DNA of 64,000 bases, from the NCBI GenBank assembly GCA_017650365.1, contig JAGCEZ010000055.1, positions 7,453 through 71,452 on the forward strand, given 5' to 3'. Positions 61,543 to 64,000 of this stretch are shown here, one piece after another. Made by a program: the position numbers and the translations under genes. The DNA is from Fibrobacterales bacterium (GTDB lineage: Bacteria; Fibrobacterota; Fibrobacteria; Fibrobacterales; CADBQJ01). The first letter of the stretch is position 1, and each line of letters begins with the position of its first letter. The notes under the pieces are model-generated. The model worked only from the letters and a program-made list of their open reading frames with translations. It did no database searches and was not told the origin of the DNA.

Positions 61543-64000
<2,458 letters not shown>

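Overview
This is a bacterial chromosome segment of about 70% GC, almost fully coding, with no rRNA, tRNA, CRISPR array or mobile element recognised. Most long ORFs in the supplied track are high-GC shadow ORFs (Arg/Gly/Pro/Ala-rich, antisense or out of frame). Real genes were chosen by recognisable protein motifs, very high GC3, and start/stop coupling. Gene order, left to right: an EnvC-like gene and ftsX (-); tsaD; two hypotheticals; dnaE; a divergent pair of a putative regulator and mutL; a secreted TldD/PmbA-like pair. Next is a minus-strand dcw cluster: mraZ-rsmH-ftsL-ftsI-murE-murF-[P-loop-less MurD-like ORF]-ftsW-murG-murC-ftsQ-ftsA-ftsZ. It has no mraY, ddl or murB. Next, pyruvate:ferredoxin oxidoreductase is divergent from a nuo operon lacking nuoEFG and carrying a NuoB-NuoC fusion. 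Then come a metallophosphoesterase, two tandem paralogous lipoproteins, and a DJ-1/DUF2062/S41 peptidase/acyltransferase operon. Then hslO-thrH and a candidate small leaderless ORF. Last is a surface-glycan block (beta-barrel OMP, two PCMD-like lipoproteins, two tandemly duplicated GH18-like lipoproteins), a DTW-domain gene and uvrA. The main second-look items: (1) the MurD-derived pseudoenzyme sitting in the mraY-murD slot; (2) a recurrent Bacteroidota-style TAnnTTTN -7 box, which in several genes lies 4-5 nt before the start codon, implying leaderless mRNAs, including two back-to-back divergent pairs; (3) a 10-bp-phased GTGG array, putative MraZ boxes, around the mraZ promoter; (4) a MutL with degenerate endonuclease motifs and a UvrA lacking the insertion domain; (5) the ferredoxin-linked PFOR plus NuoEFG-less complex I module with a B-C fusion; (6) a SusC/D-less glycan-capture locus with a traceable tandem duplication. 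The promoter type, the EFG-less nuo operon and the PCMD lipoproteins suggest an FCB-group anaerobe. That taxonomic reading is only a guess.
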